DNA of 64,000 nucleotides from Candidatus Limnocylindrales bacterium. GTDB taxonomy: Bacteria > Chloroflexota > Limnocylindria > Limnocylindrales > CSP1-4. The notes below the pieces were generated by a model, which did no database searches, had not been told where the DNA came from, and saw nothing but the letters and a program-made list of their open reading frames with translations. This document shows positions 50,857 through 60,330 of this stretch, piece after piece (the first letter of the stretch is position 1; each line of letters starts with the position of its first letter). The stretch covers positions 7,962 through 71,961 of the forward strand of contig JBBSCF010000014.1 in assembly GCA_038250545.1 (NCBI GenBank). The letters run 5' to 3'. The position numbers were made by a program, and so were the translations under genes.

Positions 50857-51812
50857 CCGACCTCGCTGAGCCGCTGCCCGGCGTCGCGCCCGCACCGTCC
50901 CGCCGCCCGGCGACCGGGTACGCCCTGTATCTGTTCGCGGCGCTGCTGTTCGCGCTCAACGGGACGGTCGCCAAGACGCTCCTCCTCGGTGGGCTCGAGG
51001 CGACGCGCCTCTCGCAGCTCCGCGCCACCCTCGCCTTCGTGATCCTGCTGGGCTTCGTGGCGCTGACGAAGCGCTCCGCCCTGCGCCTCCGCCGGTCGGA
51101 GATCCCGCTGCTGCTCGTCTACGGCGTGCTGGGCATCGCGATGACGCAGTACCTGTACTTCGCGGCCATCGAGCGCCTGCCCATCGGCGTCGCGCTGCTC
51201 ATCGAGTTCACGGCGCCGCTGATGATCGCGCTCTGGTTCCGCTTCGGTCTTGGGCACGCCACGAAGCCCGCGGTGTGGATCGCGCTCGTGGCTGCGCTGG
51301 TGGGCCTGGGCATCGTGGCGGAGGTCTGGCAGGGCCTGACGCTCGACCTGGTCGGCGTGGCGTTCGCGGTGGGGGCGGCGCTCGCGCTGGCGGTCTACTA
51401 CGTGACGGCCGACATGCAGGTCCAGCGTCCCGGCCCGCGTGACGCCGTCTCGCTCACGATGTGGGGCATGGGCGCCGCCGCGCTGTTCTGGGCGATCGTG
51501 GCCCCGTGGTGGACGTTCCCGGTCGAGGACCTGGCGGGCACGCTCCGCCTCTTCGGGGCGTCCGGCCCCGCCGTCCCCGCGGTCGGGCTGGCGGCCTGGA
51601 TGGTCGTGCTCGGCACCGTCCTGCCGTTCTCGCTCGTGGTGCTCTCGATGCAGCACCTTCGGGCATCCCAGGCATCCGTGGTGGGGATGACCGAGCCGAT
51701 CTTCGCGACCGCCATCGCGTGGGCGGTCCTGGGCGAGGCGTTCAGCCCGGTCCAGACGGTCGGCGCGGCGATTGTGCTGGGCAGCGTGCTGGTCGCGGAG
51801 CGCAACCGCTAG
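50853..51812 (+). CDS. EamA/DMT family transporter
   Basis: GTGA overlap with the LOG stop. Ten predicted TM helices in two EamA-like halves. Confidence 0.85.
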   Translation: MTDLAEPLPGVAPAPSRRPATGYALYLFAALLFALNGTVAKTLLLGGLEATRLSQLRATLAFVILLGFVALTKRSALRLRRSEIPLLLVYGVLGIAMTQYLYFAAIERLPIGVALLIEFTAPLMIALWFRFGLGHATKPAVWIALVAALVGLGIVAEVWQGLTLDLVGVAFAVGAALALAVYYVTADMQVQRPGPRDAVSLTMWGMGAAALFWAIVAPWWTFPVEDLAGTLRLFGASGPAVPAVGLAAWMVVLGTVLPFSLVVLSMQHLRASQASVVGMTEPIFATAIAWAVLGEAFSPVQTVGAAIVLGSVLVAERNR

Positions 51813-51826
51813 GCGCCGGACAGGGA

Positions 51827-51856
51827 GACGGCGCGCCACGTGTGGGGCGCGCCGTC
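51827..51856. terminator. bidirectional hairpin between convergent genes
   Basis: GACGGCGCGCC-acgtgtgg-GGCGCGCCGTC, a perfect 11-bp stem. Confidence 0.5.
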
Positions 51857-52073
51857 GATGGAGCGGTGCCGGCCGTGGGGGCCCGGACCGGCGGCGGGAT
51901 CCGCGACCGCGGGGGAGGAGACCCGCGGCAGGTTGTGGCGAGTGGTCAGCGGCGGCGGTCCGCCAGGAGCGCGGCCCCGAGCGGTCGATCCTCGACCGCC
52001 GGGTGCCCCATCACTCTCACCCGGCCACCCCTGTCCCCGGGTGAGCCCCAGATGTGAAGTCGCCCATGAAGCA

Positions 52074-52550
52074 TCAGGCCGGGATCGCGACCTCGATGGA
52101 GTCTCCGGCGATCCGCACCGGGTAGTAGCGGAACCGCCGGATCCGGGTCAGGCGCCGCGCCTCCGTCTTGATGCCCGGCGGGTCCTCCTTGGGCTCGCGC
52201 CCGGGCGGGGTCCACACCGGCTCGTAGGTCCCGTCGGGCCGCAGGCCACCCGTCGTCGGCATCTGGACCGCGTCGCCGGTCGCGAGGTCGAACCGGCCGG
52301 CGTGGAGCGGGCAGGCGACGACGCAGCCGTCGAGGGTCCCGATCGAGAGCGGGGCCGCCATGTGCGGGCAGCGGTCGTCCACGGCGCAGATCCCGAACGC
52401 GGTGTGCGCGAGCAGGACGTCGAGATCCCCGAAGGTGACGCGGCGCAGCGCGCCCGCCGGAAGGTCCGCCACCGGGAGCGCGGCCCAGTACGGGGCGCCG
52501 GCGGCGCCCGGGGCCATGAGCTCGGGGGCGAACGGCAGGAGGTCGGTCAC
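52074..52550 (-). CDS. Rieske (2Fe-2S) domain protein
   Basis: CPHMAAPLS...CPLHAGRFD motif. Confidence 0.8.
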   Translation of the reverse strand: MTDLLPFAPELMAPGAAGAPYWAALPVADLPAGALRRVTFGDLDVLLAHTAFGICAVDDRCPHMAAPLSIGTLDGCVVACPLHAGRFDLATGDAVQMPTTGGLRPDGTYEPVWTPPGREPKEDPPGIKTEARRLTRIRRFRYYPVRIAGDSIEVAIPA

Positions 52551-52634
52551 GGGCGGATGGTATCGCGGGACATGGAACGGCCCGGCGCCCGATGGGGGTG
52601 CCGGGCCGGGATGGGCCGGAGGGATGCGGGAGGA

Positions 52635-54353
52635 TCAGTCGGCGGCCGTGAGCGAGGGGATCACGTCGTCGATGACCTCGTCGAACACCTCGGCCCCGAC
52701 CGCCGCCTCCGCGCCGACGGCAGGCGAGGCGGCCTTGGCTTCGAACGACGTCCGGAGCGGGATCTGGCGCATGAAGACCGACGCGACGAACGCGGCGACG
52801 GTGGTCCCCGCGCCGATGAGGAACACCGCCGCGATCGCGAGGCTGAACGACTCCTGGATCCCCAGCACGATGTTGGGGATCAGCGGCTCGACGGCCGAGC
52901 GGAAGGCCGCCGGGACGCCGGCGAGGATCGAGGCGCCCAGGTCGCCGCCCACGCGGATCAGGCCGGTGGCGTTGCCGCCACCCGAGACGAACTGGTCGAC
53001 CATCGACTGCGGGACGCCGGCCGTGGCGAGCTGCTTCGGCAGCTCCTCGGTGAGCCGGTTGGCGAAGATCGTGCCCATCAGGGCCAGGCCCACGGAGCCG
53101 CCGATCTGGCGGAAGAACGTCAGGTTGGAGGTGGCGACGCCCAGCGCCCGCATCGGGACGGCGTTCTGGACGACGATCGTGAACACCGACAGCGTGGGCC
53201 CGATCCCCAGGCCGGTGATGAACATCCAGACCCACAGGATCGGCAGCTGCGTGTCGGCTCGGATCTGGGACATGAGCACCAGCCCGACGGCCATGACGGC
53301 GAGACCGCTCAGGATGATGGTCTTGTACCTGCCCGTCCGCGACACGAGGTACCCGGACAGCACCGAGCTGATGATCAGGCCGGCGAGGAGCGCCAGCGAG
53401 TAGAGGCCGGAGTTCGTGGGCGTGGCGCCCTGGACGAACTGGAACCACTGGGGCAGGAAGACCGCGGCCCCGAAGAACCCGAAGCTGATCAGGAACGTTG
53501 CGACGATCGACGACGCGTACGTCCGGTCCTTCCACAGGTTGAGCGGGACGATGGGCTCCTTGGCGCGGGATTCGATCAGGACGAACACGGCGCCGACGGC
53601 GAGGCCGATCAGGATCAGGCCGCCGACCTCGAAGGTGTTCCAGTCGTTGGACTGCTTGTTGGTGAGGCCGATGAGGAGCGAGCCGACCGCGACGATGAAC
53701 ACGCCCGCGCCGAGCAGGTCCAGGTTGCGCGAGGCGTCGGGGCGCTTGACGGTCGGCAGGAGCCGCCAGATGACGGCCAGGGCCACGATGCCGATCGGGA
53801 TGTTGACGTAGAAGATCCAGTGCCAGCTCGCGTGCTCGGTCAGGAAGCCGCCGAGGAGCGGGCCGATGATGGAGGACAGGCCGAACACGGCCCCGAACAG
53901 GCCCTGGTACTTGCCGCGCTCGGCCGGGGTGAACAGGTCGCCGATGACCGCGAGGCTGATCGGAAACAGGGCGCCGGCGCCGAGGCCCTGGATGCCCCGG
54001 AACAGGATCAGCTGGGTCATGTTCTGCGACAGGCCCGAGAGCGCGGACCCGACCAGGAACAGCACGATGCCGATCATCAGCAGCGGCTTGCGTCCGTACA
54101 GGTCGGAGAGCTTGCCGTAGAACGGGACGGTGATCGTGGACGTGAGCAGGTAGATCGTGATCGTCCAGGTCAGCAGCTCCTGGCCGCCGAGCTGGGTGAC
54201 GATCGTGGGCAGGGCCACGGCCACGATGGTCTGGTCGAGGGCACCCAGGAACAGCCCCAGCATGATCGCGAAGAGGATCTCCATCTTCGCGCGCTGGGAC
54301 AGGTTCATGGCGCCGAAGCCGTGCGTGGGGGCCGCGTCGTGTGCGGCGGGCAT
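52635..54353 (-). CDS. MFS transporter, DHA2 (14-TM, EmrB/QacA-like) drug:H+ antiporter family
   Basis: LDQTIVAVALPTI and GKLSDLYGRKP motifs, 14 hydrophobic segments. ATG 54353 lies 24 nt after the marR stop. Confidence 0.9.
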   Translation of the reverse strand: MPAAHDAAPTHGFGAMNLSQRAKMEILFAIMLGLFLGALDQTIVAVALPTIVTQLGGQELLTWTITIYLLTSTITVPFYGKLSDLYGRKPLLMIGIVLFLVGSALSGLSQNMTQLILFRGIQGLGAGALFPISLAVIGDLFTPAERGKYQGLFGAVFGLSSIIGPLLGGFLTEHASWHWIFYVNIPIGIVALAVIWRLLPTVKRPDASRNLDLLGAGVFIVAVGSLLIGLTNKQSNDWNTFEVGGLILIGLAVGAVFVLIESRAKEPIVPLNLWKDRTYASSIVATFLISFGFFGAAVFLPQWFQFVQGATPTNSGLYSLALLAGLIISSVLSGYLVSRTGRYKTIILSGLAVMAVGLVLMSQIRADTQLPILWVWMFITGLGIGPTLSVFTIVVQNAVPMRALGVATSNLTFFRQIGGSVGLALMGTIFANRLTEELPKQLATAGVPQSMVDQFVSGGGNATGLIRVGGDLGASILAGVPAAFRSAVEPLIPNIVLGIQESFSLAIAAVFLIGAGTTVAAFVASVFMRQIPLRTSFEAKAASPAVGAEAAVGAEVFDEVIDDVIPSLTAAD

Positions 54354-54376
54354 GGGTTCCAAGAGGATTCCTTTCG

Positions 54377-54898
54377 TCAGGAGCCGGCGTGGTCGCAATG
54401 GTGGGAGGCGGCGTAGCGATCGGGGGCGCTGGCGAGCTCCGTCTCGAGGGCGGCCCCGAGGTCCGCCATGGCGGCCGTGAGGCGCTCGAGCTGCTCGATG
54501 GACAGCCGGACGAGGGCCGCCCGCATGATGTCGCTCTTGACCAGCTCCGCCTCGTCGACGAGGTCGAGGCCCGCCCCGGTGGGCCGGACCAGGACGACGC
54601 GACGGTCATCGGGGACCCGCACCCGCTCCACGAGGCCGCGCTCCTCCATGCGGTCGATGATCCCGGTGGCGCTGGACATCGAAACGTCCAGGATGTCCGC
54701 CAGCCGGCCCATCGGCATCGCGTCGTGGTGGCGCAGCAGCGTGAGCACGTGAAAATGGGTCATGCTGATCCCGAGCCGCACCATTCGCTGCGAGCCCGCG
54801 CAGCGCAGCGAGCCCAGCGCCCGGCCGATGCCGGTGATGGTGTCCTCCGCCGCGGTCAGGCGGGCGTCGCCGTCGGTGGGTGTGGCAGTGGTTCGCAT
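54377..54898 (-). CDS. MarR family transcriptional regulator
   Basis: Winged-helix motif LTLLRHHDAMPMGRLADILDVSMSSATGIIDRMEERGLVERVRVPDDRRVV. Confidence 0.9.
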   Translation of the reverse strand: MRTTATPTDGDARLTAAEDTITGIGRALGSLRCAGSQRMVRLGISMTHFHVLTLLRHHDAMPMGRLADILDVSMSSATGIIDRMEERGLVERVRVPDDRRVVLVRPTGAGLDLVDEAELVKSDIMRAALVRLSIEQLERLTAAMADLGAALETELASAPDRYAASHHCDHAGS

Positions 54899-54969
54899 GA
54901 AGCGAAGTATTTACGACACTCGAACTATTCTGTCAACCCGAACAGTCCATTCCGCACGGAGGAACCGGC

Positions 54970-55935
54970 GTGCGCTTCGCCCTCATGATCGAGCCGCAGA
55001 TGGGGCTCACCTACGACGAGCAGCTGGCCGTCGCACGCCACGCCGAGGCGGCAGGGTTCGAGACCCTGTTCCGCTCCGACCACTACGAGAGCTTCCCCGG
55101 TGACTCCGGCGGTCACACGACGGACGCCTGGACCGTGGTCGCCGGCCTGGCGCGCGACACCACGCGCATCGGGCTGGGGGTGCTCGTGTCCCCGGTCACG
55201 TTCCGCAGCCCCGGCAACCTGGCCAAGGTGGTCCTCACGGCCGACGAGCTGAGCGGCGGCCGCGTGGAGGTGGGGCTGGGCGCAGGCTGGCACGCGGACG
55301 AGCACCGGCGCCACGGCTTCCCGTTCCCCGAGATCGGCGAGCGCGCGGAGATGCTGGAGGAGACCCTCGAGATCCTCCACGGGCTCTGGGAGGCGCCGGA
55401 TGGGTGGAGCTTCACCGGGCGCCACTTCGCGGTCGAGGACGCGCTGTTCCGGCCGCGGCCGGGGGTGCTCCCGGGTCGGGACGGCGGGCGCCCGAACATC
55501 CTCGTCGGCGGGACGGGGACGCCGCGGTCGTACCGGATCGCCGCCCGCTACGCGGACGAGTTCAACCTCTCCTCGACCAGCCCGGATGGGGCGGCGGCGA
55601 AGTACGTCGAGCTCGACGCGGCGCTGCGAGCCGCCGGGCGCGAGCCGGCCACGCTCGTCCACTCCGTGATGGCGGGGGTCCTGATCGGGCGCGACGAGGC
55701 CGAGGTCAGGCGCCGTGAGCAGGACCTCCTGGCCGTCTTCGGCGGCGCCGACGACGACTCCGAGGCGTGGCTCGCCGCCCGGCGCCCCCGCTGGGTCCTG
55801 GGCACGCCCGACCAGGCGCGCGACGTGGTCCGCCGGTTCGAGGCCATCGGTGTGGAGCGGCTGATGCTGCAGGACTTCCTCGCCCGGGACCTGGACATGA
55901 TCGACCTCGCCGGCGAGGTGCTGATCGGGGGCTGA
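54970..55935 (+). CDS. LLM-class (luciferase-like) F420-dependent oxidoreductase
   Basis: MRFALMIEPQMGLTYDE...FRSDHY, LGVLVSPVTFRSP and GLGAGW motifs. Confidence 0.85.
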   Translation: MRFALMIEPQMGLTYDEQLAVARHAEAAGFETLFRSDHYESFPGDSGGHTTDAWTVVAGLARDTTRIGLGVLVSPVTFRSPGNLAKVVLTADELSGGRVEVGLGAGWHADEHRRHGFPFPEIGERAEMLEETLEILHGLWEAPDGWSFTGRHFAVEDALFRPRPGVLPGRDGGRPNILVGGTGTPRSYRIAARYADEFNLSSTSPDGAAAKYVELDAALRAAGREPATLVHSVMAGVLIGRDEAEVRRREQDLLAVFGGADDDSEAWLAARRPRWVLGTPDQARDVVRRFEAIGVERLMLQDFLARDLDMIDLAGEVLIGG

Positions 55936-56134
55936 TCCGCGGGGGGCTCGTCGGCGGCTCGGCGGCGGGGGCTCCCGCGGCCCCCGCTCCACCGTACCCA
56001 CGCAGGGGTAGGACGCGGCGATCGCCCGCACGGCCGCGCCCGCAAACCCCGGTTGGTGCACACGCGCCCGCACGACGTACCCGGTTCGCACCCCCACGTG
56101 GGTACGGGCGGTCGGGCCCGGGATCGGCGGCGGG

Positions 56135-57373
56135 TCAGGCCTCCGTCGCGTCCGCGGCCTCGGCGGCGCGCAGGTAGACGGGGTCGTCCCGGCGGATCGG
56201 GTCCGGGTTCGTGCCCCGGGCGAGCGCGACTTCGAGGGTCACGAGCTGGAGCGGTCCCGCCGCGCCCAGCAGCGCCGCCGGGCCGTTGGGCATCGAGGCG
56301 TTCTCCGGCACCACGATGCGGCCGGCGGGCGTGAGGGCGGCCGGGACCAGCGCGGCCGCGTCCGCGCCCAGGATCGCGCCGCACGCCATGCCCGTCGCGG
56401 CGGCAGCGGCCAGCGCCTGGCGGGCGCGCGCCGCCCTCGCCTCGAGCCCGCCGCGCTCGAGGAGCACGAGCAGGAGCGCCGCGTCGGGCCCGGTCGCCGG
56501 CAGATGACCGTGGAGGAAGGTCTCGAGGTCGCGCATCGCGGACGGCACGTAGGAGGCCTCCTCCACCTTGAGCGTGAGCTCCCGGGCCGTGACGCGGTCC
56601 ACGCCCGACGCGACCACGAGCAGGTGGCGCGCCGCCGCGATCGCGGCCCCGATCCGCGCGTCGGGGCGCGATCCGTCCGGCCCCGCGACGTGGGCCGCCT
56701 CGATGCCGTCGGCCAGCCGGGCCTGCGGGCGACCCGGGCTGGGCGTCCCACCGGCCAGGATCCCGGTGACGGCGGTGGCAGCAACGATGGGCGAGACATA
56801 CCCGACCGTGTGGCACCAGCTGCGATCCATCTCCACCGTGGCCAGCACGATGTCGGCCGCCGACGCCGCGGGTGACCCGGCCGAGGCCGTCACGAGCGCC
56901 GTCCGCGCCCCGCCCGCTCGGGCCGCCTCGAGCGCGGCGATCGTCGCGGCCGTGCCGCCCTCGTGGCTGATGCCGATGACGAGGCCTGCCGATGGCGGGT
57001 CCTGTGCCAGCTCGAACGCCTGGACGCTCACCGGTCCCCGGCCCGTGAACCGAGCGGCGCGCCAGCCGTCGCGCAGGATCGCGGCCGTGGCCATGGCGGC
57101 ATGCTCGGAGGTCCCGCACCCCGTGACGACGACCGGCTCGCCGGCCTCGCCCGCCGCGCGCACAGCCCCGGCCAGCGCCGCGGCGGACCCGTCCGCCACC
57201 AGCCGCCCCACGATCCGCGCCCCCAGGGCGGGTTCCGCGGCGATCATCTCGGCCATCGCCCAGGGTGGTCCGTCGCGCAGGGCGGGCATCGGGAGGGAGT
57301 CCCAGGGCTCGGGGGCCGCGGGGAGGGGAGCGTCGGGGTCGAAGCCCGTGAGGGCGGAGCGCAGATCGTCCAT
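56135..57373 (-). CDS. SIS domain protein (GlmS isomerase-domain-like, no glutaminase domain)
   Basis: VVVTGCGTSEHAA and GISHEGGTAATIAALEAAR motifs. There are two SIS-like halves. Confidence 0.8.
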   Translation of the reverse strand: MDDLRSALTGFDPDAPLPAAPEPWDSLPMPALRDGPPWAMAEMIAAEPALGARIVGRLVADGSAAALAGAVRAAGEAGEPVVVTGCGTSEHAAMATAAILRDGWRAARFTGRGPVSVQAFELAQDPPSAGLVIGISHEGGTAATIAALEAARAGGARTALVTASAGSPAASAADIVLATVEMDRSWCHTVGYVSPIVAATAVTGILAGGTPSPGRPQARLADGIEAAHVAGPDGSRPDARIGAAIAAARHLLVVASGVDRVTARELTLKVEEASYVPSAMRDLETFLHGHLPATGPDAALLLVLLERGGLEARAARARQALAAAAATGMACGAILGADAAALVPAALTPAGRIVVPENASMPNGPAALLGAAGPLQLVTLEVALARGTNPDPIRRDDPVYLRAAEAADATEA

Positions 57374-57424
57374 CGCCGGATGGTAGGGGGACGCGAGCGC
57401 CGCGGCGACCCCGCGTTCCGCCGG

Positions 57425-58012
57425 TCAGCCCGGGTCGCGCGTCCCCGGGAGCCCGATGGGCGAGGGGACCGGGATCGACCCGCCGCGGCCGCGCGCGAGC
57501 AGGTCAGCGGGTGCGGCGGCCGGACGCCCGATGCGCCGCGCCGGGCCGTACCGGAACCACGCACGGCCCAGGAGCGCCTCGACCGCCACCGGGCCGTAGC
57601 GGCGCGAGTCATTGGCGGTTCCGTGGCCGGCGGCGGCGAGCCCCGTATCGGTGGCGTCGCCCACGAGCCACGCCTCGTCGTCACCCAGCTGGAGCCAGCC
57701 GTCGGCGAACGGGACCCAGTCGCCGGGGCGCGCGGCCACACGCTTGATCGCGAGGAGGTCCGTGAACGGCTCCCGGAATACGACGATGGATCCGCGGCGC
57801 GGCCAGCGGCGCACGGTGGGGTCCACGAGGAGCCAGTCGCCGGGGAGGACCGCGGGGGTCATCGACCCGTCGGCCACGGTGACGCGCCAAAGCCCACGGA
57901 TCCCGAGGGCGCCCCGGAAGCCGGCGCCGGGCCGCGAATCGCCGCGGACGACGCGCCGGGTCCCCTGACGCGACGAGGCCCCGTCCTGCGACGGGGCCTC
58001 GGGGTTGCGCAT
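57425..58012 (-). CDS. sodX: S26-family peptidase, Ni-SOD maturation protease
   Basis: GSMTPAVLPGDWLLVD (Ser) and LAIKRVAARPGDWV (Lys). It starts 11 nt after the sodN stop. Confidence 0.7.
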   Translation of the reverse strand: MRNPEAPSQDGASSRQGTRRVVRGDSRPGAGFRGALGIRGLWRVTVADGSMTPAVLPGDWLLVDPTVRRWPRRGSIVVFREPFTDLLAIKRVAARPGDWVPFADGWLQLGDDEAWLVGDATDTGLAAAGHGTANDSRRYGPVAVEALLGRAWFRYGPARRIGRPAAAPADLLARGRGGSIPVPSPIGLPGTRDPG

Positions 58013-58023
58013 GGACGCGCGGA

Positions 58024-58455
58024 TCAGCCGGGGCGGCCGGCCACGCGGGTCTTGCCCTCGCCGCCGGTCGCCTTCCAGGCCGCGTCGACCTCGTCGATGA
58101 GCTCGAGCAGCTTCTTGGCATCCGCGATGTCGACCGAGGCCTTGACCTTGCTGACCTGCTTGTTCGCGCTCCAGAACAGGTCGTGGAGGTTCGGCACGGT
58201 CGCGAGGTGCTCCGGCTTGAAGTAGTCGTGCCAGAGCACGTCGAGGTGGTGCTTCACCAGGTCCGCCTGGCGCTCCTTGATTGTGATGGCGCGGGTGCGG
58301 AAGGTGGGGTCCTCGTTGGCTGCGTACTTCTCGACGATGCGGTAGCAGGACTCAGCCTCGATGCGGGCCTGCTCCGGGTCGTACACGCCGCAGGGCAGGT
58401 CGCAGTGCGCATGCGCGACGGCCTTCGGGGCGAGGATTCGGGTGAGGATGGACAT
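58024..58455 (-). CDS. sodN: nickel-containing superoxide dismutase precursor
   Basis: A 14-aa leader is followed by the Ni-hook HCDLPCGVYDP. Confidence 0.95.
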   Translation of the reverse strand: MSILTRILAPKAVAHAHCDLPCGVYDPEQARIEAESCYRIVEKYAANEDPTFRTRAITIKERQADLVKHHLDVLWHDYFKPEHLATVPNLHDLFWSANKQVSKVKASVDIADAKKLLELIDEVDAAWKATGGEGKTRVAGRPG

Positions 58456-58647
58456 CTGGTGCGACCTCCGGGCAGTGAGGGCGGCGGGGGATGCCGCGTT
58501 GGGGGGCCGTGCGGTGGCCCGGCTCTGGAAGTGTCCGGGCGGGCGCCGGGACTGTCAAACGCACCGCCTCGGGCCCTCGCGGGCAAGTCCGTCGCGCATC
58601 GTCGGCCGAGGTGGACGGAGGTCCTCGAACGCGCCGCCGCCGGTCCG

Positions 58648-59136
58648 TCAGCGGGGCGGCGCCCGCTCGAACGAGATGAAGAAGTCGGGCGGATCGGGAC
58701 AGGCCTCGTCGCAGGGATGGGTCCAGACCTCGACGCCCCCGAGCACGGGACCCGCCACCGGCACCGGGTCGTCGCCCGACCACTCGACGAGCTTGCCCGG
58801 CGGGATCACGGCCCCGTCATCCAAGCTGAACGACGGCGACGCCCCGCAGTCGAGCGGGGTCCAGACCCGGTAGCGCACCTTGACGGCTCCGCCGGGTGGG
58901 TGCACGACGGCGACCGACAACGGCGGCGTGGGAAGACCCGCCGGGGGCCAGCCGGCAAGGTCGGGACACGGGGTCGCGGGTGCCTGCACGGACGGCACGC
59001 AGGCCGTGCTCGCGAGCGCCAGGAGGGCCGCCGCAAACACCATGGCTGGGACGAGACGACGCCGGTCGTGGACGGCCCAGGCCCAGGGCGCACGCCCGGA
59101 GCGGACCGTGTCGCCCGGTCGGCTCCGCAGCTTCAT
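58648..59136 (-). CDS. hypothetical Cys-rich lipoprotein
   Basis: MVFAAALLALASTAC signal/lipobox. Alternative start at 59043. The rest of the 576-aa track ORF is antisense to the SPFH gene. Confidence 0.5.
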   Translation of the reverse strand: MKLRSRPGDTVRSGRAPWAWAVHDRRRLVPAMVFAAALLALASTACVPSVQAPATPCPDLAGWPPAGLPTPPLSVAVVHPPGGAVKVRYRVWTPLDCGASPSFSLDDGAVIPPGKLVEWSGDDPVPVAGPVLGGVEVWTHPCDEACPDPPDFFISFERAPPR

Positions 59137-59526
59137 GGCGGCCGGGTCGACGGCCGTGGGGCGCTCGGTCGAGGGCCCGACGGCCGGGTTGACGCTGCCC
59201 TCAGGCGGGTTGAGGGGCGCGTGGCGGGCCGGGCGGGCCGGGCGGGCCGGCGACGATGGTCCGCCCGACCTTGTCCCGGGACCCCTCGCGCGCGTAGGAT
59301 CGTCGGGCGCCGCGTCAGTGCGGCCGGGTTCGGCATCGCCGGTCCCGGTGCCGCCATCGGTCGGGGCGCTGTGGTCAGGCAGGTTCGATTCCTGCAACTG
59401 AACGCTCGTCCGGCGCCGGATCGGCGGTGACGCAGCGAGTCGGCGGCCCTGCAGGGCTTCGGGCCCTCCGCCGTCCGGCCCGTGATCCGGCCCGGCGAGC
59501 CCAACCAACGGGTGGGGGAGTCGCAC

Positions 59527-60330
59527 GTGGAATACGTCCTGCCGGTCGTGCTGCTGCTGATCGCGGCCGTGGTGATCATCGTGGTCGTCCGCGAGGTTCG
59601 GGTGGTCACGATCCACGACTACGAGCGGGGCCTGCGTTTCAGCCGCGGCCGCCTCACCGGGCTCGTGGAGCCCGGGGTGCACGTGACGTTCGGGCCGCTG
59701 TCCGAGATCTGGCCGCTGGACGTGCGGCCGACGATGCTGCCGGTCGAGGGCCAGGAGGTCCTCACGGCCGACGGCGTGGCGGCCAAGATCAGCCTCGTGG
59801 CCCGGTACGAGGTGGGTGACCCGGTCGCGGCGCTGACGCGCGACTCCGCCTGGCAGCGGACCCTCTACCTGCTGCTCCAGCTGGCCCTGCGCGACGCCGT
59901 CACGCGCCGGACCATGGACGAGACGCTGGCCGCGCGACGCGAGCTGGGCCCCGAGATCCGCGAGGCCGCCGCGGGCCGCCTGGCGGCACTGGGCGTGGAG
60001 CTCCTGGAGGTCGAGGTCCGTGACGTGATGCTGCCGGGCGAGCTCAAGCGCTCCTACGCGTCGGTCCTGGCCGCCCGCAAGGACGGCGAGGCGGCCCTCG
60101 AGCGGGCTCGCGCGGAGACCGCCGCGCTGCGGTCGCTCGCCAACGCCGGGCGCTCCGTGGCGGACAACCCGGGCCTCCTCCAGCTGCGGATCCTCCAGGA
60201 GCTGGGCGCTTCGAGCGGCAACACGGTGGTGTTCGGGGCACCGGATGCGGGCCTCATGCCCAAGCCGGTGCCCACGACCTCCGCCTCCGCACGAACCGGC
60301 CGGTCGACCCGCGCGGACGCCGATGCCTGA
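59527..60330 (+). CDS. SPFH/band-7 (stomatin-like) domain protein
   Basis: N-terminal TM helix, then the SPFH core (EVLTADGVAAKISLVARYEV, VEVRDVMLPGELK). GTG 59527 follows GGGGGAG. Confidence 0.85.
   Translation: MEYVLPVVLLLIAAVVIIVVVREVRVVTIHDYERGLRFSRGRLTGLVEPGVHVTFGPLSEIWPLDVRPTMLPVEGQEVLTADGVAAKISLVARYEVGDPVAALTRDSAWQRTLYLLLQLALRDAVTRRTMDETLAARRELGPEIREAAAGRLAALGVELLEVEVRDVMLPGELKRSYASVLAARKDGEAALERARAETAALRSLANAGRSVADNPGLLQLRILQELGASSGNTVVFGAPDAGLMPKPVPTTSASARTGRSTRADADA

Noticed and set aside
49933-50895. An N-terminal extension of the serpin ORF, giving the 935-aa track ORF.
   Set aside because: The extension is antisense to the LOG-family gene. The serpin has a clean lipoprotein signal peptide starting at ATG 49932.
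51840-54609. An 858-aa plus-strand ORF and an 887-aa off-frame minus-strand ORF over the Rieske, MFS and MarR region.
   Set aside because: The real genes (Rieske ferredoxin, 14-TM MFS, MarR) are in other frames or on the other strand. The composition is Arg/Gly/Pro/Asp-rich with no TM helices or motifs.
55936-56134. An inverted repeat, GTACCCACG ... CGTGGGTAC, about 100 nt apart in the convergent spacer between the LLM oxidoreductase and SIS genes.
   Set aside because: The arms are short (9 bp), widely spaced and lack supporting structure. A chance match is plausible in GC-rich DNA.
59290-59404. A complete tRNA, tRNA-Sec or tmRNA.
   Set aside because: Only the T-arm is canonical. Acceptor pairing is poor, there are no D or anticodon arms, there is no GGGG...CCA tmRNA-type terminus, and there is no tag-peptide reading frame.
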